The position numbers and the translations under genes are program-made. From Thermoplasmatota archaeon (GTDB lineage: Archaea > Thermoplasmatota > E2 > DHVEG-1), in assembly GCA_016927555.1 (NCBI GenBank), contig JAFGML010000039.1, positions 9,839 to 73,838 on the forward strand: a stretch of 64,000 nt of DNA, written 5' to 3'. Positions 1-9,205 of this stretch are shown here, piece after piece. The number at the start of each line of letters is the position of its first letter. Position 1 is the first letter of the stretch. The notes under the pieces are model-generated. The model was not told the origin of the DNA and searched no databases. It was given only the letters and a program-made list of their open reading frames with translations.

Positions 1-1841
1 AAGGCACAGATCACCAGCAGGGGAAATGGTATCTCCAGGTTGAGTTCAGGGAACAACCCAGACTGACCACCCTGTGATCCTTGTTGACCTATCACGACGG
101 TACAGGATGCAGTCGTTGTTGCTCCTTCATCATCCGTGACTTCTAGGGTCACGGTATAGGTTCCTGCTGTCGTGTAGACATGTGGTTGAATCAGCCCTAC
201 GCCGCTGGTGTTATCACCAAAGTGCCAGAGCGCTGAGACGATGTCCCCGTCCTCGTCAGCACTCCCTGAGGCATTAAACACGATGCTCTCGTACACGTCC
301 CCTAAGTACGGTCCACCGATGTCTGCGACAGGCGCCTGGTTTTGTCCGCCTCCCTGAGACGTATTCTTCGTAATCTCTACAGGGCAGGTGACTTGTGAGG
401 ACCATTCGATGTCGTCTTTCACCTGGAAGTAGATGGTATGTGTTCCACGCGACAACGTCGTTGTGCTGAAAGAGGCTGTTGTCCCGATCACGCCATCAAT
501 AGTGGACAACCATTTGTACGCGACGATGGCACCGTCCGCATCGACGCCATGGCCTTGGAACAACACTGCTTGGCCTTGCTGTGCTGGGTTCGGTGCAATG
601 GAGTCAATGACTGCGGTCGGTGGCTGATTCACACCAAGGTCAATGGTGATACTACTTGTTTTTTCAGAGGACCAGGCTCCTTGGTTGTCCTGGACTTTGA
701 AGGAGATCGTATGGGTGCCGACAGACAGTGTCGAGGTGGTGAATGCCTGCTGCGTGCTAAGAATACCATCGAGACTGGATTGCCACTGGTACCCGGTGAT
801 GTACCCATCAGTGTCTGTCCCCTGACCAGAAAACGACACGGTATCGCCAAGGTCTGCTGACGACGGGGAAATGGACAGCGACACTGCGGTGGGTGCTTGG
901 TTCTGACCCGGTGGTGCAGGTTGTTGTAGGAAATACCCTAAGGGGTAGGCGTCCTGGTTGGCCCCACCAGGGATCTGGTACGGTGTGTCTCCAATGCCGT
1001 CGCCGTTGGTATCATAGTCGTTATAATCGCCCCAGTAGTTCCCTTGACTACTCTGGCTCCAGGTGTTCGTTGCAGCATCGTAGGCATTCTGATTATTCTC
1101 AGTGAAGTCATTGAAGAAGAGTACGTTTGATGACGACTGCAGAATGTAGACGCCATACTGGGTGTTCTGTCGGATGGTGTTCGCTGAGATGGTATTTTCT
1201 GTTGATAGTGAGGAGAGATAGACGCCTTTCTGGTTCCCTTGAATGGTGTTCCCTTCTATGACATTCTGCTCTGAGAGCGTCAGGCTAATGCCGCTGACCT
1301 TGTTGTTCGCGATGTAGTTATCAAGGATGTGGATCCCGTGGCAGTGATCGAGCTGCACACCTTCTCCTTCCTCGCTGTAGATCATCCGGCAGTCCTGGAT
1401 TCTGCCGTTGGACACGTAGGAGAATGCTACACAGTCAAACCCACTGCCGCCTGCGTTTCGGATCGTGAACCCTGAAACCTCCACTTGAATGATACTGTTT
1501 GTTGGCTCATGGGCATACAGGACATGTCCGTTCTGTCCGCCATCCAGAAACGTGGTCTCTTTATTTTCTCCGACGAGGTACAGATTTTTTGTAATGACTA
1601 TTTTTTCGTTGTACGTCCCACTGGAGACAAGCACGGTATCACCGCTCGTTGCCGCAGCAAGTGCATCGGTAATAGTCTCATACGGATGGTTTTCGGTACC
1701 ATCCCATGGTCCTGTCGTGTTGCTATCATCAACATAGATGGTTGAGCCACTAGCGTGACACCTAGGAATCAACGCAAGACTGATTAGAAACAACATCGTC
1801 ACTAGGAGTATCCGCACTTTTGTACACCCTGGTTGCATCAT
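1..1841 (-). CDS. Secreted/surface protein with NosD-like right-handed beta-helix and PKD domains (3' end beyond the left edge)
   Basis: Absent from the ORF track, consistent with no stop inside the window. Both ends translated by hand and found in the same frame: from ATG 1841 MMQPGCTKVRILLVTMLFLISLALIPRCHASGSTIYVDDSNTTGPWDGTENHPYETITDA (signal peptide plus beta-helix cap); PKD motif near 130-330; hydrophobic LEIPFPLLVICA at the edge. Confidence 0.85.
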   Translation of the reverse strand, partial: MMQPGCTKVRILLVTMLFLISLALIPRCHASGSTIYVDDSNTTGPWDGTENHPYETITDALAAATSGDTVLVSSGTYNEKIVITKNLYLVGENKETTFLDGGQNGHVLYAHEPTNSIIQVEVSGFTIRNAGGSGFDCVAFSYVSNGRIQDCRMIYSEEGEGVQLDHCHGIHILDNYIANNKVSGISLTLSEQNVIEGNTIQGNQKGVYLSSLSTENTISANTIRQNTQYGVYILQSSSNVLFFNDFTENNQNAYDAATNTWSQSSQGNYWGDYNDYDTNGDGIGDTPYQIPGGANQDAYPLGYFLQQPAPPGQNQAPTAVSLSISPSSADLGDTVSFSGQGTDTDGYITGYQWQSSLDGILSTQQAFTTSTLSVGTHTISFKVQDNQGAWSSEKTSSITIDLGVNQPPTAVIDSIAPNPAQQGQAVLFQGHGVDADGAIVAYKWLSTIDGVIGTTASFSTTTLSRGTHTIYFQVKDDIEWSSQVTCPVEITKNTSQGGGQNQAPVADIGGPYLGDVYESIVFNASGSADEDGDIVSALWHFGDNTSGVGLIQPHVYTTAGTYTVTLEVTDDEGATTTASCTVVIGQQGSQGGQSGLFPELNLEIPFPLLVICA

Positions 1842-2052
1842 AGCTGAATCCCTTTCCATCTCTCAAGTACTGTATAGATGACATCAGTTCTCTTGGTGTG
1901 TCTATATAAAGATACGGTGGTAAAATGCCAGAGTGAGAGAATCCAACCCTTCCGTGAGCGGTCGTTTCTTTTCGGTGATTTTCTCCTTATTTTTGACGTA
2001 ATGTTTATATACTGTCAAATCAACCTAACAGTATAAAAAGTAAGGTTTACGT

Positions 2053-2307
2053 ATGACAAGTGAGCACATCTGGGCTTGGCTTCAATCGAAAGGAAAGTTA
2101 TTCAAGGTTATCTCAGACCCAGAGCGTGGCATCATTGAAGTCATCAACGAGCGAGGGGAGATCCTGGTTCGGAAAACCAACCTCAGTAAACGTCAAGTCG
2201 AAACCGTTGAAAGACATTTTTTACATAGGATAGCGACTCGCTTGAATGGACGGCACATCCCTGCTTCAGGGAAAAATTCTGATCCCTTTGACCCCATGAT
2301 CACCTAG
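2053..2307 (+). CDS. Small hypothetical protein (84 aa)
   Basis: ATG start, TATA-like TTTATATA at about 2004-2011, natural composition, fills the gap before a response regulator gene. Confidence 0.7.
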   Translation: MTSEHIWAWLQSKGKLFKVISDPERGIIEVINERGEILVRKTNLSKRQVETVERHFLHRIATRLNGRHIPASGKNSDPFDPMIT

Positions 2308-2408
2308 CGTGTTGTACCACTACTGTTCTTCGAATAGACGGCTCAAAAAATATTTTCGTTACATTTTCAGCATAAAATTAATATGCTGCAACTCGATGAT
2401 GCCTTTGG

Positions 2409-2798
2409 ATGCAAAAAAAAATCATGGTTGTTGATGATGATCCTGATATTCTCATCACCATACGTGAGCTGTTTGAATCAGAGGGATTTGAGGTGTACAC
2501 CGTCCCCTGCGGCAAAGACTGCTTAGAGGAACTGGAGCACGGATTCAAAGGAGTCATCCTGATGGATGTGATGATGCCGCACATGGATGGATGGACCACG
2601 ATACGACAGATGGTCTCAAGAGGGTTTCACAAGGGAAATGTCATCTCCATGATCTCAGCGAAGGATGAATGTGACTGGCGGTTTGATGACCTGAAACAGT
2701 ACATCAAACACTACATCACGAAACCCTTTGATACCAAGCACCTCGTCAAAACCGTGAAAGGATACTTTGCTCTTTCTCAGGGTACGACATCGTCGTAG
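2409..2798 (+). CDS. Stand-alone response regulator receiver (CheY-like)
   Basis: IMVVDDD acidic pocket, ILMDVMMPHMDGW phosphoacceptor Asp, YITKPF. Confidence 0.93.
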   Translation: MQKKIMVVDDDPDILITIRELFESEGFEVYTVPCGKDCLEELEHGFKGVILMDVMMPHMDGWTTIRQMVSRGFHKGNVISMISAKDECDWRFDDLKQYIKHYITKPFDTKHLVKTVKGYFALSQGTTSS

Positions 2799-2803
2799 TG
2801 TCT

Positions 2804-3238
2804 TTAGAGTGTCTGCCGTTGGTGACGTACCTTCAGAAACGTGTCGACTTCGTCGTGGATGTCACACAGCACACGGGCTTTCTGTACCGCGCCTGTCTGA
2901 GGCTCGTGTGGCGCCATCTGAGATAACTCAGAGATCTGTTGCTGGAGACGTTGCACATCTTCCGTGAGGTGCAGGTGGGTTGTCTCCACCTGATGACGAA
3001 CCGCGTTGAGCTCTTGTCTCAACGTCAGGAGAGACTCTTGGAGTTGTATGAGGTCATCACTCTTCTGAGGTTCAGGGATGTACTCTGAGGTCCACTCCTT
3101 GCTTGAGTCATGCAGCATCTTGAAGTACTCACGTAACGCACTGCGCAGCAGCTCGCTTTTGCTCATGCCTTGTCTGTTGAGTTCAGCGACAATTCTCTCC
3201 TCTTTTGCTGAGAGTTTGAGTGCAATTGTTGTACCCAT
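2804..3238 (-). CDS. Ribbon-helix-helix (CopG-like) protein with C-terminal coiled coil
   Basis: N-terminus TTIALKLSAKEERIVAELNRQGMSKSELLRSALREY fits the RHH pattern; Leu/Gln/Glu-rich heptads follow. Confidence 0.8.
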   Translation of the reverse strand: MGTTIALKLSAKEERIVAELNRQGMSKSELLRSALREYFKMLHDSSKEWTSEYIPEPQKSDDLIQLQESLLTLRQELNAVRHQVETTHLHLTEDVQRLQQQISELSQMAPHEPQTGAVQKARVLCDIHDEVDTFLKVRHQRQTL

Positions 3239-3344
3239 TGTGCAACCATCCCACGTTCTGTTAATAGTGTTTCCCCATATAAATGTTGAGGATTTTTCAG
3301 TCTCAGGGCTTCGGTGTGCTGCGCTGTCGTCCTCTGTGCGTACG

Positions 3345-3959
3345 TCACATTCGTACCAGTGAGGAGCTTCTTTTTTCTTTCTGATGGTCTACGTGACTCA
3401 CTGATGATGGTTCGATGGTGTGTGGTGGTATCCTGCGTAATTCTTCAACGTAGAACATGATGCGATCAAACTTTTCGTCGATACGCCTGGTTGTGTCTTT
3501 GACCTGCGTGTGATACTCTTGCTGAAGAGATGCGTACGTCTCCTTCCAGTACTGTAGCTCAGTCACATAGCGGAGTTTCCATTCGTCTAATTCTTGCTCT
3601 ACTCGTGCGACTTGGTGGTGCAACCTATCAAGGTAGTCATCGAAAAATGGTGCGTTGAAGGGAGCGGTCTTCTTTGATGTGAGGTATACCTCACTTTCTC
3701 CTGATGGATGTGAATCCTGGTCTACCTGGTTTACCTCTTTAAAAACTTTTCTTTCATCATTTTTTATTTCCTCCTGGGAAAAAAGGTCTACCTGGTTTAC
3801 CTCTTTAAAAACTTTTTTTCTCTTTTTTGTGCTTTTTTCCTGTATGTACATCCAGAGGGCTTCACGCAGAATTTGACTCGATGAGCGCCCTTCCCTTCGT
3901 AACGCATTAACGAGTTTTTCCTCCTGATTTTTCAGCTTTAATGATATGGTTGAACTCAT
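3345..3959 (-). CDS. Ribbon-helix-helix protein with internal repeat and coiled coil; paralogue of 2804-3238
   Basis: N-terminus STISLKLKNQEEKLVNALRREGRSSSQILREALWMY; KVFKEVNQVD twice; long helical C-terminal half. Confidence 0.78.
   Translation of the reverse strand: MSSTISLKLKNQEEKLVNALRREGRSSSQILREALWMYIQEKSTKKRKKVFKEVNQVDLFSQEEIKNDERKVFKEVNQVDQDSHPSGESEVYLTSKKTAPFNAPFFDDYLDRLHHQVARVEQELDEWKLRYVTELQYWKETYASLQQEYHTQVKDTTRRIDEKFDRIMFYVEELRRIPPHTIEPSSVSHVDHQKEKRSSSLVRM
3679..3694. repeat. Perfect 16-bp palindrome GTGAGGTATACCTCAC inside the RHH gene
   Basis: Read directly; core GGTATACC at 3683-3690. Confidence 0.9.
3719..3816. repeat. Exact 32-bp direct repeat GGTCTACCTGGTTTACCTCTTTAAAAACTTTT (3719-3750 and 3785-3816)
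   Basis: Two identical copies 66 bp apart, each carrying GGTCTACC-T-GGTTTACC. Confidence 0.95.
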
Positions 3960-3989
3960 AATTTTTTCCCCTAAAATTGTGTTCTAAAA

Positions 3990-4082
3990 AAGGTAGACCA
4001 GCGGTCTACCTTGTCACTCAATATCAATGTCATTTTCCTCCATATGAAACCGGAAAACACAAAGGTAGACCTTCGGTCTACC
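3990..4082. promoter_or_regulatory. Two inverted repeats GGTAGACC-N3-GGTCTACC upstream of the RHH gene (candidate operators; alternatively terminator hairpins)
   Basis: AAGGTAGACC-AGC-GGTCTACCTT at 3990-4012 and GGTAGACC-TTC-GGTCTACC at 4064-4082, 72 bp apart. The repeats are certain; the function is inferred. Confidence 0.7.
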
Positions 4083-4220
4083 ATGTTAATATTTAGCATA
4101 TAACGTGGTGATGGTTCCATCATCCCTCGTACGAAGAATCACCACTGCAGTACTTATAGTTTGTTTCCATCACCCAGAACCACACACTACTACGTCAGCA
4201 TCATTTTTTTTTAAAATAAT

Positions 4221-6473
4221 TTATGAGTGCATCATAGCGACAAAAAGTTGTGGAAAGAGATGCTGCAAAATTTGGTACAGTCGTTGAACCAATCGAAGTG
4301 TCGGTACAAATGGCATGCGTACTGGCAGAGGATCAGACCAGTCGCTTTCTTCACGATGCTGGTCACGTGCTTTGACCTTCACTTCGTACCTCCCCCACGT
4401 CGTCCAAGAATGTGTGGTGTTGACCTGCTGACCCGAAAGGTAAGGGCCAAGCCATGGACTAAACGTCCCGTCACCAAAACTCCACTTATAGTACACGAGG
4501 TCTCCCTCCGCATCACTCGTCATACTTGTAAACGTATACGTCTGGCCAACCTCACCTTTTTTTGTGCCTAGTGGTGCCTCTGGGATGTCTGGTGCGGTGT
4601 TCTGCCTAATGAAAAATTCAAGGGTAGGATCACCAAACAGGTTCATTTCATAGTAGCACCATCGCATGCATGGTCCGTTGATACGATAGACATTATCTTC
4701 TTTAGAATCCTGATTTGCTTTTCCTATCGACGTAATGTTCTCTTGAAAGACAGCATCCCAAAATTGACGATGGTAGCGTTGGTTTGGCCCATCGGTGCTC
4801 CCGGGAGTACCCCATCCGTACCGTGCACAGAGGATGCAGGCAAACGCTGCGTGGGTGGTTTTCACGGTGTAGTACTCAGCCATGCTGTCGTCAAGGTCAA
4901 AGGCTCCAGCGTAGCATCCTTGGGAGTAGATGAACGGAAGCATCGTGTTCGTCAACGACTCAATATCATCAGCTCCCATCCTCATGTTGTACGTGGTGCC
5001 TGAATGGCCGAGATGATTCACGTAGTGCACACCACTGTTGATGGTGTTCATGATTTCGCTTTTCGGCCAGCCGGTCTCCCATGGATCACTGAGGTTGAAC
5101 CCAGGCCAGCTATGATCGTACAATCGGCTGATGCTGTAGGTCTCTGCAGGAAATCCAAGGGTGGTGTACTGATGGGCAGAGGACCCGTTAACCAGTTCTT
5201 CCATGGAGTCTCCCCCGAAGGTCACTGGGTAGTTGGGTGGTCCCCACAGGTATTCCCCGACCATGACCACCGGTCCGCTGGAATACCCGCCAGTACTCAT
5301 GTACGCAAGCGTCTTGTGTACAAAATTGTCTGCCTCGAGAGCATCGCCGACAGCCGCTCGTCCCACGTACACCTCAGCAATGAGATCGACATCACCGCCA
5401 CCGTCTCCATCGTACCGCTCACCCCAGTACTCATCGTTATCATAGTTGTAGGTTCCATCGAGACACGCGTAGTACAAATCAGACGGCAGGGTATCTGTAT
5501 CTCCACCGGCTTGCACGTAGAGGAGTGGTGTCGGGAACACATCTGCATCTCCCCCAATAAGCACAGAGGTGATGCCTTTGGTGATGTACTCCTCGGTGAT
5601 TAACTCTCTGATGTCTTCTGGAGTCACAAAGCTAGGGAACCAGGACACGTCTGAGAGTGTTTTTATTTCAGTGGGAATCCCGTGCGCATCATGGGCATCT
5701 TTCAAGGGGATGAAGTGGTCTTTCAGTTCATCGGTGGTGAGAATGAGCAAGTCATAGTGCTCTGCAGACAGCGGTGCATGGGGCATGGATCCATATGTTG
5801 CCAAGGTGTCGCTGGTGTGCACTTTGTTGATGACGTCTTGTTGATCCGTGTCGCTATTCCGAAAGAGGGGATGGACTGCGGTGGTGTGAGTCGTCTGCAC
5901 CGTGACTGTCATCTCGCTGTAATAGAACAGCTCTCCCTCAAGCGGTCGATAAGAGACAGGGAAGACCACGAGGTAGAGAATACCGTAGCCTCGAAAGTGG
6001 TGCACTCCAATGGTGCGAAACAGAGACCCCGGAAATGTCTCAGCTGATGTGTAAATCGATTCGTCGCACAACGTGGTAACCACTGCGGTTGGGAGGGCTG
6101 AGAGAGGTACTGGTTGCTCAACTGGCTCTACCAGTACGTCAGATGCCAGGTGGTGTTGGACCCCTGGTTGCACAGAGATGTCTGTGACGGTTGCCCCTTG
6201 TGGCAGCAAGAAGGAAATCCCATACGCTGGAAGGTTTGGTTCTCCAGGATCGCCTACCCCTGGGGCGCCGGGGAGGGTAATCTGGGTCAACACCTGATCA
6301 TTCATGCTCCGCTGGTGTACCTGCGGTGTTGGAAAAGTGACTGTGTGTGTCAGAACGATGGTGTTCGTAGTCTGCTCACTTGCGCCAAACAATGAGCCTG
6401 TGGTTAGCAATACAATGCTGACAACGAATCCTACCTGCCAATATCTCTTGAGAGGTATACATGTGCTCTTCAT
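4221..6473 (-). CDS. Gingipain-like C25 cysteine peptidase with propeptide and C-terminal PKD domain
   Basis: Signal peptide; propeptide PGEPNLP; VLIGGD, SDLYYACLDG, VYVGR; catalytic His (NHLGHSG) and Cys (SQGCYAG); NLFGDP; PKD WSFGDG. Confidence 0.92.
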   Translation of the reverse strand: MKSTCIPLKRYWQVGFVVSIVLLTTGSLFGASEQTTNTIVLTHTVTFPTPQVHQRSMNDQVLTQITLPGAPGVGDPGEPNLPAYGISFLLPQGATVTDISVQPGVQHHLASDVLVEPVEQPVPLSALPTAVVTTLCDESIYTSAETFPGSLFRTIGVHHFRGYGILYLVVFPVSYRPLEGELFYYSEMTVTVQTTHTTAVHPLFRNSDTDQQDVINKVHTSDTLATYGSMPHAPLSAEHYDLLILTTDELKDHFIPLKDAHDAHGIPTEIKTLSDVSWFPSFVTPEDIRELITEEYITKGITSVLIGGDADVFPTPLLYVQAGGDTDTLPSDLYYACLDGTYNYDNDEYWGERYDGDGGGDVDLIAEVYVGRAAVGDALEADNFVHKTLAYMSTGGYSSGPVVMVGEYLWGPPNYPVTFGGDSMEELVNGSSAHQYTTLGFPAETYSISRLYDHSWPGFNLSDPWETGWPKSEIMNTINSGVHYVNHLGHSGTTYNMRMGADDIESLTNTMLPFIYSQGCYAGAFDLDDSMAEYYTVKTTHAAFACILCARYGWGTPGSTDGPNQRYHRQFWDAVFQENITSIGKANQDSKEDNVYRINGPCMRWCYYEMNLFGDPTLEFFIRQNTAPDIPEAPLGTKKGEVGQTYTFTSMTSDAEGDLVYYKWSFGDGTFSPWLGPYLSGQQVNTTHSWTTWGRYEVKVKARDQHREESDWSDPLPVRMPFVPTLRLVQRLYQILQHLFPQLFVAMMHS

Positions 6474-6610
6474 AGAGGAATCCCCGTTAGTGCAACCTAA
6501 ACGACTATGAGTATATATTACTTATTTATGAGTGTACTATTAGCGTGATTTATATATAAACATGTTGATAAAAATTAGCTACGTCGTACCAGTGATGGAA
6601 GAACCCTGAA

Positions 6611-6626
6611 ACAAAACCTTTTAACA
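6611..6626 (+). promoter_or_regulatory. Probable BRE/TATA of argS (near-leaderless transcript)
   Basis: ACAAAACCTTTTAACA, with TTTTAA ending about 26 nt before ATG 6651 and no SD sequence. Confidence 0.55.
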
Positions 6627-6650
6627 CCATGACAATTTCCACACTACAAC

Positions 6651-8375
6651 ATGTATGCGTTAGAGGAATGTCAACACCACATAAGCAGTGCACTTCGCTC
6701 ACTGCTCAAAAAACATAAGGTTGAGACTGAGGTTCGCCTAGAGATCCCGCCACAGGAGATGGGTGACTTCGCGTTCCCCTGCTTCTCCCTCGCGCCAGTC
6801 ATGAAGCAATCACCAGCACGGATCGCCGAAGAACTCGCGAGCGCATTCCCGAAGCACGACTGGATAGCTCGCATTGACGCAAAAGCCGGGTACGTCAACT
6901 TCTTCATTGATCCGACCTACCTTGCGTCGATCACCCTGCAGACTGTTCTTGAAAGAAAAGAAACGTACGGGTACTTACCAGAGGAGAAGAAAAAGGTCAT
7001 CATTGAACATACCTCTGCCAACCCGAATGGTCCCTTGCACGTAGGACGAGCACGGAACCCTATCATTGGTGATACCCTCATACGAATGTTCAAAGCCGCA
7101 GGGTACACGGTCGAGTCACAGTTTTACCTCGATGATCTCGGCAAACAAGTGGCTATTCTTGCCTGGGGACTTCACCATATCGACCCTTCAGAACTTCCTA
7201 AGCCATCAAGACAAAAAGCGGATCACCAGAAGGTGGCGTTCTATCAACTAGCGAATGAACGCATGAAGAGCGATGATGCTATCGCCAGTCAAATTAATGA
7301 CATCGTCAAACTATCAGAGCAGGGTGATCAAGCTACCATTGACATGATTCATGCTGCGTACCAGCCTGTTCTACAGGGCATCAAGGAAAGCCTGGCTCGG
7401 ATTCACATCACCCTTGACACGTTCATCCCTGAATCGATGTTTGTGCGTAATGAGAGCGTTGATGCAGTCGTCAGAGCACTGAAGCAGACACCGTACTGTC
7501 ACGAGGAAGAAGGGGCATTCTACCTCGACATGGCCTCCTTTGGCATTGCCGGCAGAAATACAAAGTTTTTCTTCGTACGAAACGATGGCACAACCCTGTA
7601 CGCCACCAGGGATATCGCCTATCATCAGTGGAAAGCACACCAAGCAGACCTCCTCGTCAACGTTCTAGGTGAAGACCATAAGCTTGAATCCCGACAAGTG
7701 AGCATCGCCCTCGAACTACTGAAGGTCACCAATCTCCCACAGGTCGTGTTCTACGCATTTGTCTCCCTGCCTGAGGGAAAAATGTCGACTCGGAAAGGAC
7801 GTGTCGTCTACCTCGACGACCTCATTGATGAGTGCATCGAACGAGCGTATCAAGAGGTTAAAAAACGAAGAGCAGGAGAGCTGTCCGAATCGAAAATGAG
7901 GGACATCGCGCAACTGGTTGGTATCGGATCACTGCGCTACAACATCATTAAAGTACAGCCTGAGAAAGATATTCAGTTCAAGTGGGAAGACGCGTTGAAT
8001 TTCGAGGGGAACGCAGTGCCCTTCATTCAGTACGCCCATGCCCGTGCCTGCAGTATTCTGGCAAAAGCAACACAGACACACCATCAGTTCGATGCTAGCC
8101 TCCTCACCCACCCATCAGAGACCATGCTGATCAAACAACTCGCACGACTTCCCTTAGTCATAGACAGCGCCTGTAGCGGATGCAGACCCCATGCGATAGC
8201 CAACTACCTCTATGAAACCGCCTCTGCGTTTAACCAGTTCTACAGGGACTGCCCTGTCCTTGCTGAGGAGCACGCGATGCGCTCCGCCTCTCGACTCACC
8301 TTGGTCTATGCGACAAAACTCGTTCTCTGGACCGCCCTTGATCTGCTTGGTGTCACTGCCCCTGAGGAAATGTAA
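6651..8375 (+). CDS. argS: Arginine--tRNA ligase
   Basis: EHTSANPNGPLHVGRARN (HIGH), KMSTRKG (KMSKS), YIQYAHAR-type motif FIQYAHARACSIL, DALR domain, ends APEEM. Confidence 0.98.
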   Translation: MYALEECQHHISSALRSLLKKHKVETEVRLEIPPQEMGDFAFPCFSLAPVMKQSPARIAEELASAFPKHDWIARIDAKAGYVNFFIDPTYLASITLQTVLERKETYGYLPEEKKKVIIEHTSANPNGPLHVGRARNPIIGDTLIRMFKAAGYTVESQFYLDDLGKQVAILAWGLHHIDPSELPKPSRQKADHQKVAFYQLANERMKSDDAIASQINDIVKLSEQGDQATIDMIHAAYQPVLQGIKESLARIHITLDTFIPESMFVRNESVDAVVRALKQTPYCHEEEGAFYLDMASFGIAGRNTKFFFVRNDGTTLYATRDIAYHQWKAHQADLLVNVLGEDHKLESRQVSIALELLKVTNLPQVVFYAFVSLPEGKMSTRKGRVVYLDDLIDECIERAYQEVKKRRAGELSESKMRDIAQLVGIGSLRYNIIKVQPEKDIQFKWEDALNFEGNAVPFIQYAHARACSILAKATQTHHQFDASLLTHPSETMLIKQLARLPLVIDSACSGCRPHAIANYLYETASAFNQFYRDCPVLAEEHAMRSASRLTLVYATKLVLWTALDLLGVTAPEEM

Positions 8376-8377
8376 CC

Positions 8378-9205
8378 ATGGAGTACAGAGGAATTCGCGT
8401 TGACACTGGTCTGAAGAAGATAACGACGAAGGACTCCCTGTTCCATGGGCACTACTGCGTTGATCCGTACCAGAACTGTGAATTCCAGTGTCACTACTGC
8501 GATTCATCCCTAGAAAACAGAGTGTACGTCAAAGTAAATATCTGCGGCATCCTACACAAAGAACTACCTGGTGTGAAGCAAGGTCGCATCATCATTGGCT
8601 CGGTTCACGATCCCTATCAGAACGCAGAACGCACCTATCAGCTCACCCGCAGCATCCTTGAAGTGATTTCAGAGTATTCGTTCCCCTGTCACATCTTGAC
8701 GAAATCACCACTTGTTCTACGGGATATCGACCTCCTCTCTGCTCTCGACTGCTGTGTCACCGTCAGTCTCATAGGTCTCCACGATCGGCTTGTACACGTC
8801 TTTGAGCCCCAGGCACCAGCACCACAGCATCGTCTTCAGGTTGTAGACACCCTCCGCAGGCATGGTATCGTGGCTGGTCTTGCACTGATACCTAGTATGC
8901 CCTACCTTGTTGAACCCGAGCTCAAGCGAATTGTGAACGCGGCTCGCCACGTTGATGCGCAGTACCTCCTCCATTCACCGTTGCAGCTCAAAGGCGATCA
9001 ACGGCAGGTTGTCTTCGCACTTCTTCACACACACTACCCGGAGCTGTTGTCACAATACCATGCATTGTATGACGACGATGTCACTCCACCACCATCGTAC
9101 ACAAAACAACTCACAGATGCTCTCTCTGCACTGTGTCAACAATACAACATGCCCACTGCGCTGCCTCGCAACGTAGCACAGCAGAGCCAAAAACAAGGAC
9201 GCTAG
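8378..9205 (+). CDS. Radical SAM protein (SplB/Rv2578c-like)
   Basis: DPYQNCEFQCHYC (CX3CX2C), GSVHDPYQ, ILTKSPLVLRD, FEP; starts 2 bp after argS. Confidence 0.88.
   Translation: MEYRGIRVDTGLKKITTKDSLFHGHYCVDPYQNCEFQCHYCDSSLENRVYVKVNICGILHKELPGVKQGRIIIGSVHDPYQNAERTYQLTRSILEVISEYSFPCHILTKSPLVLRDIDLLSALDCCVTVSLIGLHDRLVHVFEPQAPAPQHRLQVVDTLRRHGIVAGLALIPSMPYLVEPELKRIVNAARHVDAQYLLHSPLQLKGDQRQVVFALLHTHYPELLSQYHALYDDDVTPPPSYTKQLTDALSALCQQYNMPTALPRNVAQQSQKQGR

Noticed and set aside
433-1745. Short + strand ORFs listed in the track
   Set aside because: Antisense shadows of the truncated minus-strand surface-protein gene.
2413-2421. A9 tract at the start of the response regulator as a phase-variation site
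   Set aside because: In frame (QKKI), and A/T runs are common throughout this window.
3719-3816. 32-bp direct repeats with a 34-bp spacer as a mini CRISPR array
   Set aside because: Only two copies, in frame inside a CDS, no cas genes or leader; better explained as iterated binding boxes.
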